Shown here: positions 28,021-41,400 of the stretch, piece after piece
How positions within the stretch are numbered: position 1 is the first letter of the stretch
Layout: every line of letters starts with the position of its first letter
NCBI GenBank assembly: GCA_023459095.1
Contig: JAEWVQ010000148.1
Coordinates: forward strand, 147-64,146
DNA: 64,000 bases
Direction of reading: 5' to 3'
Source: Pseudomonadota bacterium
GTDB lineage: Bacteria > Pseudomonadota > Gammaproteobacteria > Burkholderiales > Rhodocyclaceae
Position numbers and translations under genes: made by a program
Notes under the pieces: model-generated
Database searches by the model: none
What the model was told of the DNA's origin: nothing
The model's input: the letters and a program-made list of their open reading frames with translations, nothing else

Positions 28021-28089
28021 GGGCGAGGTTTCCGGCTCAGCAGTGCTTCGAACATGGCGGCGACCGCCCCCGACTTCAAGCGTCCGGCG

Positions 28090-29187
28090 TCAGTCCGGGG
28101 CGCCGAGCGCGAGGGCGTGCCGGCGGGAGGTGGCGAGTGCCTCGGCGGTCGCCGGCGGTTGCGTCAGCCAGTGTCCGAGATTGCTGCGGACGAGTCCGGC
28201 GAGCGCCTCGATCCAGTCGTCGCGCTCGTTCAGGCAGGGGATGTAATGGAAAGTCTTGCCGCCGTGGGCGAGGAAGGCATCGCGACACTCCATGCCGATC
28301 TCTTCGAGGGTTTCGAGACAGTCGGCAACGAAGCCCGGGCACATCACGTCGACGCGCCCGACGCCTTCGCGGGCGAGCGCTTCGAGCGTGGGCTGGGTGT
28401 AGGGCTGCAGCCACTCGGCCTTGCCGAAGCGCGACTGGAAAGTGACGAGCAGCCGTTCCGGGGCGAGGCCGAGCGCGGTGCCGACGAGGCGGGCGGTCTT
28501 GTGGCATTCGCAGAAATACGGGTCGCCGAGTTCGAGCGAGCGCCGCGGCGTGCCATGGAAGCTGAGCACGAGGCGCTCGGCTTCGCCATGCTTCATCCAG
28601 TGCTCGCGCACGCTTTGCGCCAGGGCGCCGATGTAGCCCGGGTCGTCGGCGAAGCTGCGGACGTAGCGGATCTCGGGCTGGTTGCGGCAACCGAGCAGGC
28701 TGCGGGCGACTTCGTCGACCACGCTGGCGACCGTGCTCGCGGCGTACTGCGGATACATCGGCAGCACCAGAATGCGGTCGCAGCCCGAAGCGCGCAGGGC
28801 GTCTAGGGTGGCGGGGATGGACGGTTCGCCGTAGCGCATCGCCCAGCGCAGGTCGAGGTTATGGTGCCCGGCGTCGCCGAGATGGCCGGCGAGCAGCCTG
28901 GCCTGGCGTTCGGTGTGGACCTTGAGCGGCGAGCCTTCTTCCATCCACACGCTGGCGTACTTCTGCGCCGATTTTGCCGGGCGGGTGTTGAGGATGATGC
29001 CGTGGAGGATGGGCCACCAGATCAGGCGCGGAATCTCGACCACGCGCGGATCGGAGAGGAACTGCTTGAGATAGGGGCGGAGCGCCGCGGCGGTGGGCGC
29101 TGCCGGCGTGCCGAGATTGACGAGCACCACGCCGATGCGCGCCGGGGTGCCGTGTACGTGTGCGGGTTCGGGCCGATAGCGGGCCAT
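28090..29187 (-). CDS. hemH: ferrochelatase
   Basis: [30 protein letters not shown] and LVLPMYPQY. Confidence 0.9.
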   Translation of the reverse strand: MARYRPEPAHVHGTPARIGVVLVNLGTPAAPTAAALRPYLKQFLSDPRVVEIPRLIWWPILHGIILNTRPAKSAQKYASVWMEEGSPLKVHTERQARLLAGHLGDAGHHNLDLRWAMRYGEPSIPATLDALRASGCDRILVLPMYPQYAASTVASVVDEVARSLLGCRNQPEIRYVRSFADDPGYIGALAQSVREHWMKHGEAERLVLSFHGTPRRSLELGDPYFCECHKTARLVGTALGLAPERLLVTFQSRFGKAEWLQPYTQPTLEALAREGVGRVDVMCPGFVADCLETLEEIGMECRDAFLAHGGKTFHYIPCLNERDDWIEALAGLVRSNLGHWLTQPPATAEALATSRRHALALGAPD

Positions 29188-29239
29188 GGACTTCCTTGTG
29201 CGGAGCCGGCGGGCGCCGGCAGGCTGGGGTTGGCTGGGT

Positions 29240-30268
29240 TCAGTGCTTCGCCGACAGCGCGTTGGACAGCAGGCGGGCGGTGATGTCCACGATCGGGATC
29301 ACCCTGTCGTAGGCCATGCGGGTCGGGCCGATGACGCCGACCGAGCCGACGATGCGGCCTTCGACCTCGTACGGCGCAGTCACCACGCTGCAGCCGTCGA
29401 GCGGGGCAAGGCCGGATTCGTCGCCGATGAAGATCTGCACGCCCTGGGCGCGATTGGACAGATCGAGGAGCTGGATGAGCCCGGTGCGCTGCTCGAAGAG
29501 CTTGAATAGTTCGCGCAGACGGGTCATGTTCGACGACAGGTCCTCGACTTCGAGCAGGTTGGTTTCGCCCGAAATGACGTAGTTCGACGCGGTTTCCTCG
29601 GCGGCTTCGGAGCCGGCCTCGACGGCCGCCGCCATGAGTTCGCTCATGTCGCTGCGCAATTGCTGCAGTTCGGCCTGGATGCGCACGCGGATCTCGTCGA
29701 AGGCGAGGCCCGCGAAGTGTTCGTTGAGGTAGCTTGCCGCGCTGCCCAGTTCGCTCGGCGAGTAGGCGCGGCGCGTGCTCAGGATGCGGTTCTGCACGTC
29801 GCCCGCGGAGGTGACGATGATCAGCAGGATGCGCGTCTCCGACAGGCTGATGAACTCGATCTGGCGAATGCGCACCGTCTCCTTGCGCGGCGCAATCACG
29901 ACGCCGGCGAATTGGGTCAGTTCGGACAGCAGGTGCGAGGCCGAGTTGATCAGACGCTTGGGCTGGTCGGGCAGCAGTTGCCCCTGCAGTTCCTCGATGC
30001 GCGCTTTTTCCAGCGGATGCACGGTGAGCAGCGAGTCGACGAAGAAGCGGTAGCCGAGCGCGGTCGGCACGCGTCCGGCCGAGGTGTGCGGGCTGGCGAT
30101 GAAGCCCATTTCCTCCAGGTCGCTCATTACGTTGCGCACCGTCGCTGGCGACAGTTCGAGGCCGGAGTAGCGCGACAGCGCACGCGACCCGACCGGCTGA
30201 CCTTCGGCGATGTAGCGTTCGATCAGGGTCTTGAGGAGGATCTGGGAGCGGGAGTCGAGCGGTCTCAT
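29240..30268 (-). CDS. hrcA: heat-inducible transcription repressor HrcA
   Basis: Track ORF 29240..30310 trimmed to ATG 30268 ([31 protein letters not shown]), which is a typical HrcA N-terminus. Confidence 0.9.
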   Translation of the reverse strand: MRPLDSRSQILLKTLIERYIAEGQPVGSRALSRYSGLELSPATVRNVMSDLEEMGFIASPHTSAGRVPTALGYRFFVDSLLTVHPLEKARIEELQGQLLPDQPKRLINSASHLLSELTQFAGVVIAPRKETVRIRQIEFISLSETRILLIIVTSAGDVQNRILSTRRAYSPSELGSAASYLNEHFAGLAFDEIRVRIQAELQQLRSDMSELMAAAVEAGSEAAEETASNYVISGETNLLEVEDLSSNMTRLRELFKLFEQRTGLIQLLDLSNRAQGVQIFIGDESGLAPLDGCSVVTAPYEVEGRIVGSVGVIGPTRMAYDRVIPIVDITARLLSNALSAKH

Positions 30269-30291
30269 ATGGGCGCGGAAGTGGGGGCGAC

Positions 30292-30321
30292 GCATTGGGG
30301 CCCGATGCATTGGGGCTCGAT
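30292..30321. repeat. tandem 15-bp direct repeat upstream of hrcA (GCATTGGGGCCCGAT / GCATTGGGGCTCGAT)
   Basis: Two adjacent copies, 14/15 identical, lie 24-53 nt upstream of the preferred hrcA start. On the hrcA strand each copy contains CCCCAAT. Confidence 0.8.
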
Positions 30322-30402
30322 TCTAGGGAGAGCACCTTCTGATGCCAAGCGCGGCGGGCGGCCTCGCCATCGCGCTAGGCGAATGTGGTTTAATCGTCGC
30401 CC

Positions 30403-31287
30403 ATGAGCACGCGTTTCCGCAATGTCGCCCTGATCGGCAAATACCAGAGTCCCGATGTGGCCGAGTCGGTGCTGTTGATCGCCGGCTTCCTGCGAGAGCG
30501 GGGTCTTGCGGTATGGATCGAGCACGGTACGGCGAGTTCCATCGGCCACGCCGGCGGATATCCGGAAGCGACCTACGAGGAGATTGGCGCCAGTGCCGAT
30601 CTGGCCATCGTCATTGGCGGTGACGGCACCATGCTGAACACCGCGCGCCGGCTCGCCGAGCATGCGGTGCCACTGGCCGGGGTCAATCTCGGCCGCCTCG
30701 GCTTCCTCACCGACATCGCCCGCAACGACGCGCTGGCGCGCATCGGCGAGATCCTCGACGGCCGCTACAGCGAGGAGTCGCGCTTCATGCTCGACGCCGA
30801 AGTGCTGCGCGCCGGCCAGCGTGTGTTTCACACTCTGGCGCTGAACGACGTCGTGGTGAACAAGGGCGACCTGGGGCGCATGATCGAATTCGACCTCGCG
30901 ATCGACGGCGAATTTGTCTACACGCAACGGTCGGACGGCATGATCGTGTCGACGCCCACCGGCTCCACCGCCTACGCGCTGTCGTCCAACGGCCCCATTT
31001 TGCATCCGAGCGTGGGCGGCATCGCCTTGGTGCCGCTGTGCCCGCATGCGCTCACCGCGCGCCCGGTGACCTTGCCCGATACCTGCCGCATCGAGATCCG
31101 CCTGCTGCCACCGCACGATGCCCGCGTTCACTTCGACGGCCAGGCGCGCTTCGATGCGCGCGCCGGCGACTGCGTGCAACTCAGGCGTTCGCCGCTCGCG
31201 GTGCGCCTGCTGCATCCGGAGGGATACAGCTACTTCGCCATGCTGCGCGAGAAACTGCACTGGAGCGCGGCGCCGCGGCACAACTGA
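30403..31287 (+). CDS. nadK: NAD kinase
   Basis: The GGDGTML motif is present and the typical length of 294 aa fits. Confidence 0.9.
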   Translation: MSTRFRNVALIGKYQSPDVAESVLLIAGFLRERGLAVWIEHGTASSIGHAGGYPEATYEEIGASADLAIVIGGDGTMLNTARRLAEHAVPLAGVNLGRLGFLTDIARNDALARIGEILDGRYSEESRFMLDAEVLRAGQRVFHTLALNDVVVNKGDLGRMIEFDLAIDGEFVYTQRSDGMIVSTPTGSTAYALSSNGPILHPSVGGIALVPLCPHALTARPVTLPDTCRIEIRLLPPHDARVHFDGQARFDARAGDCVQLRRSPLAVRLLHPEGYSYFAMLREKLHWSAAPRHN

Positions 31288-31393
31288 GCCCTTGTGGGGA
31301 AGGCGGCGTCGAAGTATATTTTTATTCAGTATTTCGTTCTGCCCACCCTGATCCCGCCGGCCATCGCTTGCCGGCGTTTTCTCCGACGAGACC

Positions 31394-33046
31394 ATGCTCC
31401 GCCGCCTGACCATTCGCGATTTCGTCATTGTTGACCGCCTTGAGCTCGAGTTCGGCGCCGGATTCGGCGCGCTGACCGGTGAGACCGGGGCCGGCAAGTC
31501 CATCCTGCTCGACGCCCTGGGGCTCGCCCTGGGGGGGCGTACCGACAGCGGCGTGGTCCGGGTCGGGCGTGACAAGGCCGATGTCGCCGCCGAGTTCGAT
31601 CTGCCGCCGGACGGTGGGCTCGCCGCCTGGCTCGCCGAGCAGGAACTGCTCGCCGAGGACGGCATGGTCATCCTGCGCCGCGTGGTCGATGCCGGTGGTC
31701 GCAGCCGGGCGTGGATCAACGGCACCCCGGTGACCCTCGCCCAGCTGCGCGAAGCCGGTGACTGGCTCGCCGACATTCATGGTCAGCATGCCCATCACGC
31801 GCTGCTGCGCGGCGACGCTCAGCGCGCGCTGCTCGATGCCAGCGCGGGCGCCGCCGGCCAGGCCGGCGCGGTGGCCACGGCGTGGCGCGAATGGCAGCGC
31901 ATCGTCGAGCTGCGGCGCGGTGCCGAGGAGGATTCGGCCGCCTCCGAGCGCGAACGCGAACTGCTCGGCTGGCAGTTGAAGGAGCTGGGTGAGCTTGCCT
32001 TCGTGCCTGCGGAGTGGGCCGAGCTGAACGCCGAGCACAGTCGCCTGGCGCATGCCGCAGGGCTCATGAACGGCGCCGACGAGGCGCTTGCCGCGCTTGG
32101 CGATAGTGATTACGCAGTGGTTCCGGTGCTCGCCACGATCGACGGTCGGATGGCCGAACTGGCTGCCATCGATCCGGGGCTGCGCGAGGTGTGTGAGCTG
32201 TTGTCCGCGGCCGCGATCCAGGCCGACGAGGCGCTGCATGCCCTGCGCCGCTATCGTGAGCGGCTCGAGCTCGACCCGCAGCGCCTGGCCGAGATCGATG
32301 CGCGCATCGCCGAGGTGCTCGATGTCGCGCGCAAATACCGCCGCGCCCCCGAGGAGCTGCCCGAGTTGGTCGAGGGCTGGCAGCGGCGTTTCGACGAACT
32401 TGAGGCCCGGACCGATCCGGCGCGTCTTGCCGAGGCCGAGGCGGCGGCGCGCGCCGCTTACGATGCGGCGGCGATGGCACTGTCCGCTGCGCGCCGACCG
32501 GCCGCCGCGCGTCTGTCGCAGGAAATCACCGAGGCAATGCAGTCGCTGGCGATGGTCGGCGGCAGGTTCGAGGTCGCGCTCGAGCCGTGTGCGCCCTCGG
32601 TGCATGGCCTCGACAGCGTCGAGTTCCGCGTCGCCGCCAACGCCGGCCAGCCGCTGCGCGGTCTCGCCAAGGTGGCGTCGGGCGGGGAGCTGTCACGCAT
32701 CGGGCTGGCGATCCAGGTCATGACCAGCCGCGACTCGGCGACGCCGACGCTGATCTTCGACGAGGTCGACGTCGGTATCGGCGGGCGTGTTGCCGAGATC
32801 GTCGGCAAATTGCTGCATCGGCTCGGGCAGGATCGCCAGGTGTTGTGTGTCACCCACCTGCCGCAGGTTGCAGCCTGCGCCGACTGGCAGTGGCGCATTG
32901 CCAAGTCGGAGCGCGGCGGGGAGGCTTTCAGTGAGGTCAAGCCGCTGGCGGCGGGCGAGCGCGTCGAGGAGATCGCGCGCATGCTCGGCGGGGTCAGCAT
33001 CACCGACACCACGCGCCGTCATGCGGCGGAAATGCTCGGCAACTGA
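31394..33046 (+). CDS. recN: DNA repair protein RecN
   Basis: MLRRLTIRDFVIVD, Walker A GETGAGKS and the C-terminal SGGELSRIGLAI / LIFDEVDVGIGG blocks. Confidence 0.95.
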   Translation: MLRRLTIRDFVIVDRLELEFGAGFGALTGETGAGKSILLDALGLALGGRTDSGVVRVGRDKADVAAEFDLPPDGGLAAWLAEQELLAEDGMVILRRVVDAGGRSRAWINGTPVTLAQLREAGDWLADIHGQHAHHALLRGDAQRALLDASAGAAGQAGAVATAWREWQRIVELRRGAEEDSAASERERELLGWQLKELGELAFVPAEWAELNAEHSRLAHAAGLMNGADEALAALGDSDYAVVPVLATIDGRMAELAAIDPGLREVCELLSAAAIQADEALHALRRYRERLELDPQRLAEIDARIAEVLDVARKYRRAPEELPELVEGWQRRFDELEARTDPARLAEAEAAARAAYDAAAMALSAARRPAAARLSQEITEAMQSLAMVGGRFEVALEPCAPSVHGLDSVEFRVAANAGQPLRGLAKVASGGELSRIGLAIQVMTSRDSATPTLIFDEVDVGIGGRVAEIVGKLLHRLGQDRQVLCVTHLPQVAACADWQWRIAKSERGGEAFSEVKPLAAGERVEEIARMLGGVSITDTTRRHAAEMLGN

Positions 33047-33091
33047 GGCGCCTCCGCCGCGGGTTGGCGGCGGCGTGTGCGGCAGGGAGAT

Positions 33092-33532
33092 TCAGTGGCC
33101 GCCGCTGGTCTTGTGCGGGCAGTCCGTACGCACGCACTCGGCGTAGAGGTAGAGGGCGTGCTCCTTGACCGCGAACCCGCGTTCCTTGGCGATCTGGTTC
33201 TGTCGGCGTTCGATCTCGGCGTCGAAGAACTCCTCGACCTTGCCGCATTGCAGGCAGACGAGGTGGTCGTGGTGGCCGCCCTGGTTGAGCTCGAACACCG
33301 CCTTGCCGGATTCGAAATAGTGGCGCTCGAGCAGTCCGGCCTGTTCGAACTGGGTCAGGACGCGGTACACGGTGGCCAGGCCGATGTCCATGCCTTCGCT
33401 CATGAGCAGCCGATAGACGTCTTCGGCGGTGAGGTGGCGCTGTTCGGTCGTCTGGAACAGATCAAGGATCTTGAGGCGCGGATAGGTCGCCTTCAGGCCG
33501 ATGCTTTTAAGATTTTGTGAATTATCGGTCAT
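33092..33532 (-). CDS. fur: ferric uptake regulator
   Basis: [17 protein letters not shown] and [16 protein letters not shown]. Confidence 0.95.
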   Translation of the reverse strand: MTDNSQNLKSIGLKATYPRLKILDLFQTTEQRHLTAEDVYRLLMSEGMDIGLATVYRVLTQFEQAGLLERHYFESGKAVFELNQGGHHDHLVCLQCGKVEEFFDAEIERRQNQIAKERGFAVKEHALYLYAECVRTDCPHKTSGGH

Positions 33533-33646
33533 GGTCGCCTGTCGGGGGATGAACGTGATGCAGCGGCGCGCTGTGCCGCTATGTTATATTTTTTGCCCTT
33601 TACTGAGAACCTTGCACCGTTCCGGTGCTTTAACGCGAACCTTTCC

Positions 33647-34060
33647 ATGCGCCTTTCGTTTCCCGTGGCGTTCGTCGCCGTCAGTTTGGTCGCCGGATGC
33701 TCCTTTGGTTCCCTGACCGATCGCATCAATCCCTACCGCATCGACATCCGCCAGGGCAACTACGTGGATCAGGACATGGTTGCCCAACTCAAGCGCGGGA
33801 TGACCCAGGAGCAGGTGCGCTTCGTGCTCGGCTCGCCGCTGGTGGTGGATGTCTTCCGCAAGGACCGCTGGGACTATGTCTATCGTTACCGGCATGGTTC
33901 GGCGCAGGCCGAGCAGCGGGCGATCGCGGTGTTCTTCGTCGATGGCAGGCTCGATCGCATCGAGGGTGACGTGGTCGCCGGGGATGCGGCGGGCGAGGCC
34001 GAGGCGCGCCGCGCCGAGCGCAGCCGCGTCGTCGAGGTGCCGGCAGCGGCGAAGGATTGA
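33647..34060 (+). CDS. bamE: outer membrane protein assembly factor BamE (SmpA/OmlA)
   Basis: Track ORF trimmed to ATG 33647. The lipobox is LVAGCS. IDIRQGNYVDQDMVAQLKRGMTQEQVRFVLGSPL matches BamE. It is divergent from fur, as in other proteobacteria. Confidence 0.85.
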   Translation: MRLSFPVAFVAVSLVAGCSFGSLTDRINPYRIDIRQGNYVDQDMVAQLKRGMTQEQVRFVLGSPLVVDVFRKDRWDYVYRYRHGSAQAEQRAIAVFFVDGRLDRIEGDVVAGDAAGEAEARRAERSRVVEVPAAAKD

Positions 34061-34097
34061 GGTCGCGCCCGGACGGTGGTGATAGCTTGAGGACGAG

Positions 34098-34913
34098 ATG
34101 ATGACGACGACGCCGATACGCGTTGCGATAGCCGGCGCATCCGGCCGGATGGGGCGCATGCTGATCGAGGCCGCGCTCAAGGACGAAGGGGTGGTGCTCG
34201 CGGCCGCCTTCGACCGCCCGGGGACGCCCTTTGTTGGGCGCGACGCCGGCGAACTGGTAGGTGCCGCGTGCGGGGTCGCGATCGGCGACGAGGCGCGCAC
34301 GGCGATTGCTGCGGCCGATTGCCTGATCGATTTCACCCGCCCCGAGGGTACGCTCGAGCATCTCGCGCTGGCGCGCGAGCTGGGCAAGGCGGTGGTGATC
34401 GGCACCACCGGTTTCGACGCTGCCGGCAAGGCGGCCATCGCCGAGGCGGCGCAGTCGGTGCCGGTGGTGTTCGCACCCAACATGGCGGTTGGTGTCAATG
34501 CCGTGTTCCGCGTGCTCGAAGTGGCGGCGCGCATCCTCAGCGAGGGCTACGATGTCGAAATCATCGAGGCGCATCACCGCTACAAGGTGGATGCGCCGTC
34601 GGGTACCGCGCTGCGCATGGGCGAGGTAGTCGCCCGCGAGCTCGGGCGCGATCTCGAGGCGTGCGCAATCTATGGCCGGGAGGGCGTGACCGGCGAGCGC
34701 AAGTCGGAAACCATCGGCTTTTCGACGATTCGTGGCGGTGACGTGGTGGGCGATCACACCGTGCTGTTTGCTGGCCTCGGCGAGCGCATCGAGATTACCC
34801 ACAAGTCCGGCAGTCGCATGCCTTACGCCACCGGCTCGCTGCGCGCCGCGCGCTTTCTCGCCGGGCGCTCGGCGGGGCTGTTCGACATGCAGGACGTGCT
34901 CGGTCTGCGCTGA
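34098..34913 (+). CDS. dapB: 4-hydroxy-tetrahydrodipicolinate reductase
   Basis: [24 protein letters not shown]. Confidence 0.95.
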   Translation: MMTTTPIRVAIAGASGRMGRMLIEAALKDEGVVLAAAFDRPGTPFVGRDAGELVGAACGVAIGDEARTAIAAADCLIDFTRPEGTLEHLALARELGKAVVIGTTGFDAAGKAAIAEAAQSVPVVFAPNMAVGVNAVFRVLEVAARILSEGYDVEIIEAHHRYKVDAPSGTALRMGEVVARELGRDLEACAIYGREGVTGERKSETIGFSTIRGGDVVGDHTVLFAGLGERIEITHKSGSRMPYATGSLRAARFLAGRSAGLFDMQDVLGLR

Positions 34914-35093
34914 TGTCGGCCACGGGTGGCCGCGCCCTGCCGTCACCCACCGTTGCCTTGAGGGGCGGAAAACGCTAAAATTTCAGGGTTCTGATAGCGG
35001 GATTGGCCTACGGGCTCGTCCCGTTTTTTCACATATGGAGGCAGCCCGGGCCGGGTTTGCTTCCGATTTTTCGGCTGAATCCAGGAGTTTTTC

Positions 35094-36236
35094 GTGACTG
35101 CTTTCCCGCCCGCCCTTCTTGCGCTTGCCGACGGGACGGTCTTTTTCGGCAAGGGTATCGGCGCGGTCGGCAGCACGGTTGGCGAAGTGGTGTTCAACAC
35201 CGCGATGTCGGGTTATCAGGAAATCCTGACCGACCCGAGCTATTGCCGCCAGATCGTGACGCTGACCTATCCGCACATCGGCAATACCGGTGTGAACAGC
35301 GAAGACGTCGAGGCCAAGCGTGTGCACGCCGCCGGTCTCGTGATTCGCGACCTGCCGATCCTGCCGTCCAATTTCCGCATGAGCCAGCGTCTCGACGCCT
35401 ATCTGAAGGCCGAGAACGTGGTCGCCATCGCCGGTCTCGATACCCGCAAGCTGACCCGCGTGCTGCGTGAAAAAGGGGCGCAGGCCGGCTGCATCGTCAC
35501 CGCCGCGGACGGCGCGCCGCTCAATGTCGAGGCTGCTGTCGCCGAGGCGCGCGTCTTCCCCGGACTGGCGGGGATGGATCTCGCCAAGGTCGTGAGCGCG
35601 ACCGCGCCCTACGAATGGGTCGAGAGCGAATGGGCGCTCGGCACCGGCTACGCGCCGCAGCAGAATCCGCGCTTCCACGTGGTTGCCTACGATTTCGGGG
35701 TCAAGTTCAACATCCTGCGCATGCTCGCCTCGCGCGGTTGCCGCCTGACCGTGGTACCGGCGCAAACGCCGGCCAAGGACGTGCTTGCGCTGAAGCCCGA
35801 CGGCGTGTTCCTGTCGAACGGTCCGGGCGATCCCGAGCCCTGCGATTACGCGATCGAGGCGATCCGCGAAATCATCGCGGCAAAGGTGCCGACCTTCGGC
35901 ATCTGTCTCGGTCATCAACTGCTCGCGCTCGCCTCCGGGGCGAAGACGATGAAGATGTCGACCGGCCACCACGGCGCCAACCATCCGGTGAAGGATCTGG
36001 ACTCCGGCCAGGTGCTGATCACTAGCCAGAACCATGGCTTCGCCGTCGATCAGGCCACGCTGCCGGCCAATCTGCGCGCCACCCACGTGTCGCTGTTCGA
36101 TGGCACCAATCAGGGCATCGAGCGCACCGACGCGCCGGTGTTCTCGTTCCAGGGTCATCCGGAAGCGAGCCCGGGGCCGCACGACGTCGCTTATCTGTTC
36201 GACCGCTTCATCAAGCTGATCGAAGCAAACAAGTGA
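35094..36236 (+). CDS. carA: carbamoyl-phosphate synthase small subunit
   Basis: GTG start with AGGAG RBS. The GATase motif is GICLGHQLL, with [17 protein letters not shown]. Confidence 0.95.
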   Translation: MTAFPPALLALADGTVFFGKGIGAVGSTVGEVVFNTAMSGYQEILTDPSYCRQIVTLTYPHIGNTGVNSEDVEAKRVHAAGLVIRDLPILPSNFRMSQRLDAYLKAENVVAIAGLDTRKLTRVLREKGAQAGCIVTAADGAPLNVEAAVAEARVFPGLAGMDLAKVVSATAPYEWVESEWALGTGYAPQQNPRFHVVAYDFGVKFNILRMLASRGCRLTVVPAQTPAKDVLALKPDGVFLSNGPGDPEPCDYAIEAIREIIAAKVPTFGICLGHQLLALASGAKTMKMSTGHHGANHPVKDLDSGQVLITSQNHGFAVDQATLPANLRATHVSLFDGTNQGIERTDAPVFSFQGHPEASPGPHDVAYLFDRFIKLIEANK

Positions 36237-36364
36237 CGGCACCGCGCGGCGAGGCCGCGCGCCGTGCTGCTTGGGGCCGTCGTGGCTCCGCGCAGTAGAA
36301 CAGCCAGCTAGTTCGTATTCCCGCGGGCCGCAGAGCCCGCCGCAACACACACCGAGGCAAGGCA

Positions 36365-39588
<3,224 letters not shown>

Positions 39589-39592
<4 letters not shown>

Positions 39593-40065
39593 ACAAGACA
39601 CCGCTTACCGTGGCCGGAGCCGAGCAGCTCCGCGCCGAACTGCATCGCCTGAAGACCGTTGACCGCCCGAACGTGATCGCCGCCATCGCCGAAGCGCGTT
39701 CCCACGGCGACCTGTCGGAGAACGCCGAGTACGACGCCGCCAAGGAGCGTCAGGGCTTCATCGAGGGGCGCATCATGGAGGTCGAGGGCAAGCTGTCCAA
39801 CGCTCAGATCATCGATCCCAAGCTGCTCGATGCCGATGGGCGCTGCGTGTTCGGCGCCACTGTCGAACTGGAGGACATGGATTCGGGACAGACCGTGACC
39901 TATCAGATCGTCGGCGAGGACGAGGCCGACATCAAGGCCAACAAGATTTCGGTGAGCTCGCCGATCGCGCGCGCGTTGATCGGCAAGTACGCCGGCGATG
40001 TTGCCGAAGTTCAGGCCCCGGGCGGCGTGCGCGAGTACGAAATCATCGACGTGCGCTACATCTGA
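39589..40065 (+). CDS. greA: transcription elongation factor GreA
   Basis: Track ORF trimmed to ATG 39589, which overlaps the carB stop (ATGA). The N-terminus is [22 protein letters not shown]. Confidence 0.9.
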
Positions 40066-40069
40066 GCGC

Positions 40070-40097
40070 GGCCCGGTCGGTGTGGCCGGGCCTTGTT
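40070..40097 (+). terminator. possible terminator after greA
   Basis: Stem GGCCCGG / CCGGGCC with a 9-nt loop, followed by TTGTTC. The T-tract is weak. Confidence 0.4.
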
Positions 40098-40167
40098 CGC
40101 GGCGGAAGGGCGCTGCCAAGTGGCGTGGGCACCCGTTCCGCCCGCTGCACAGACCGCGGGCCGAGGC

Positions 40168-40629
40168 TCAGCGGCCGCGTCCGCCGCTGCGCGACAGGGG
40201 GCCGCGGGCCGGCGCGCGGCGTTTTTCCGCCGATGCCTTGGCCAGCGCTGCACGCCGTGCGGCGGCGGCAAAGGCGGCGGCCGACTTGGCAGACGCGGGG
40301 CTGGGCGCGCGCTTGGCCGGCGCCGCGGCGGCGGCCTGCTCCTTCTTTTCCTCGCGGCGTTCGCGCCACACCACCAGGATGTTGCCGATGTGCTGGACGG
40401 CGGCAGCATCCAGAGTGGTGCACAGTTCGGCCATCAGCGCGTCGCGCTGCGCGCGCTCGGTGCCTTGCACGCGGACCTTGATCAGTTCGTGGGCCTGCAG
40501 CGAACGGTCGATTTCCGCCACGACCGCGGGCGCGAGACCATTGCCGCCGATGGTGACGACGGGGCTGAGGTGGTGGGCGCGGGCGCGAAGTTCGCGACGC
40601 TGGGCCGGGCTCAATTCGATCATTGACAT
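40168..40629 (-). CDS. yhbY: YhbY/CRS1-type RNA-binding protein with an Ala/Arg/Lys-rich C-terminal extension
   Basis: The first ~90 aa align with E. coli YhbY ([18 protein letters not shown]). About 60 low-complexity basic residues follow. Confidence 0.85.
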   Translation of the reverse strand: MSMIELSPAQRRELRARAHHLSPVVTIGGNGLAPAVVAEIDRSLQAHELIKVRVQGTERAQRDALMAELCTTLDAAAVQHIGNILVVWRERREEKKEQAAAAAPAKRAPSPASAKSAAAFAAAARRAALAKASAEKRRAPARGPLSRSGGRGR

Positions 40630-40662
40630 TCTCTACTTCCGTGGGGCACGGATTCTACTCTG

Positions 40663-41286
40663 ATGAAGCGAAACAAGACCAGCAAGGCGTGGATGCACGA
40701 GCATCTGAACGACCCTTACGTGCTGCGCGCCAACGCCGAAGGTTACCGCGCGCGTGCCGCCTACAAGCTGATGGAGATCGATGACCGCGATCACCTGCTC
40801 AAGCGCGGTGCGGTGGTGGTCGATCTGGGCGCAGCGCCGGGCTCGTGGTGCCAGGTGGCGGTGCAGCGCACCGCGCCAGGCGGTCGCGTGTTCGGTCTCG
40901 ATCTGCTGCCGATGGATGCGCTGCATGGCGTCGACTTCCTGCAGGGCGACTTCACCGAGGATGCGGTGCTCGCCGAGTTGGAGCGCAGGCTGGACGGCGC
41001 CGCGGTCGATGCGGTGCTGTCCGACATGGCGCCGAATCTGTCGGGCGTGGCCACGGTCGATCAGGCGCGCTCCATCCTGCTGTGCGAACTGGCGCTGGAT
41101 TTCGCGGTCAATCACCTGCGTCCTGGCGGCCACTTCCTGACCAAGGTATTCCAGGGCGAAGGCTTCATGGCGTTCCGCAAGGAGATGGAGCGCCGTTTCG
41201 TCTCGGTGCAGGTGCGCAAGCCGAAGGCGTCGCGTGATCGCAGCGCTGAAGTCTATCTGCTCGGAACCGGCGTCCGGGCGGCATGA
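40663..41286 (+). CDS. rlmE: 23S rRNA U2552 2'-O-methyltransferase
   Basis: [34 protein letters not shown]. Confidence 0.95.
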   Translation: MKRNKTSKAWMHEHLNDPYVLRANAEGYRARAAYKLMEIDDRDHLLKRGAVVVDLGAAPGSWCQVAVQRTAPGGRVFGLDLLPMDALHGVDFLQGDFTEDAVLAELERRLDGAAVDAVLSDMAPNLSGVATVDQARSILLCELALDFAVNHLRPGGHFLTKVFQGEGFMAFRKEMERRFVSVQVRKPKASRDRSAEVYLLGTGVRAA

Positions 41287-41326
41287 GCGGGGCGCGTGAT
41301 TGCGTCCCGCTATGGCCGCCATTGGT

Positions 41327-41355
41327 TTGCCGGCCGGAACGTTCCCCTCTAGAAT
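41327..41355 (+). promoter_or_regulatory. candidate sigma70 promoter of ftsH (TTGCCG-17 nt-TAGAAT)
   Basis: The hexamers lie at 41327-41332 and 41350-41355, 45 nt upstream of the ftsH TTG start. Confidence 0.4.
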
Positions 41356-41400
41356 GGGTCAATCGAACGCACGCCCGCAAAGGGCTTTCGGGGTAAGACG

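Noticed and set aside
30269-30402. CIRCE operator (TTAGCACTC-N9-GAGTGCTAA) in the hrcA/nadK spacer.
   Set aside because: No sequence resembling either half-site is present. Only the 15-bp tandem repeat, reported separately, stands out.
31314-31329. Possible LexA (SOS) box upstream of recN: GTATATTTTTATTCAG.
   Set aside because: Only the right half-site (CAG) fits CTGT-N8-ACAG. The left half reads GTAT instead of CTGT, giving 11/16 overall with the critical CTG missing. It may simply be the AT-rich promoter. It needs a LexA gel-shift or a genome-wide motif model before being called.
35035-35097. 20-codon upstream ORF ([20 protein letters not shown]) whose TGA overlaps the carA GTG start. It is preceded by a hairpin plus T6 at about 34997-35029.
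   Set aside because: There is no Shine-Dalgarno before its ATG and no features of known pyrimidine or arginine leader peptides. The hairpin is as likely to be the dapB terminator. This is speculative without ribosome profiling.
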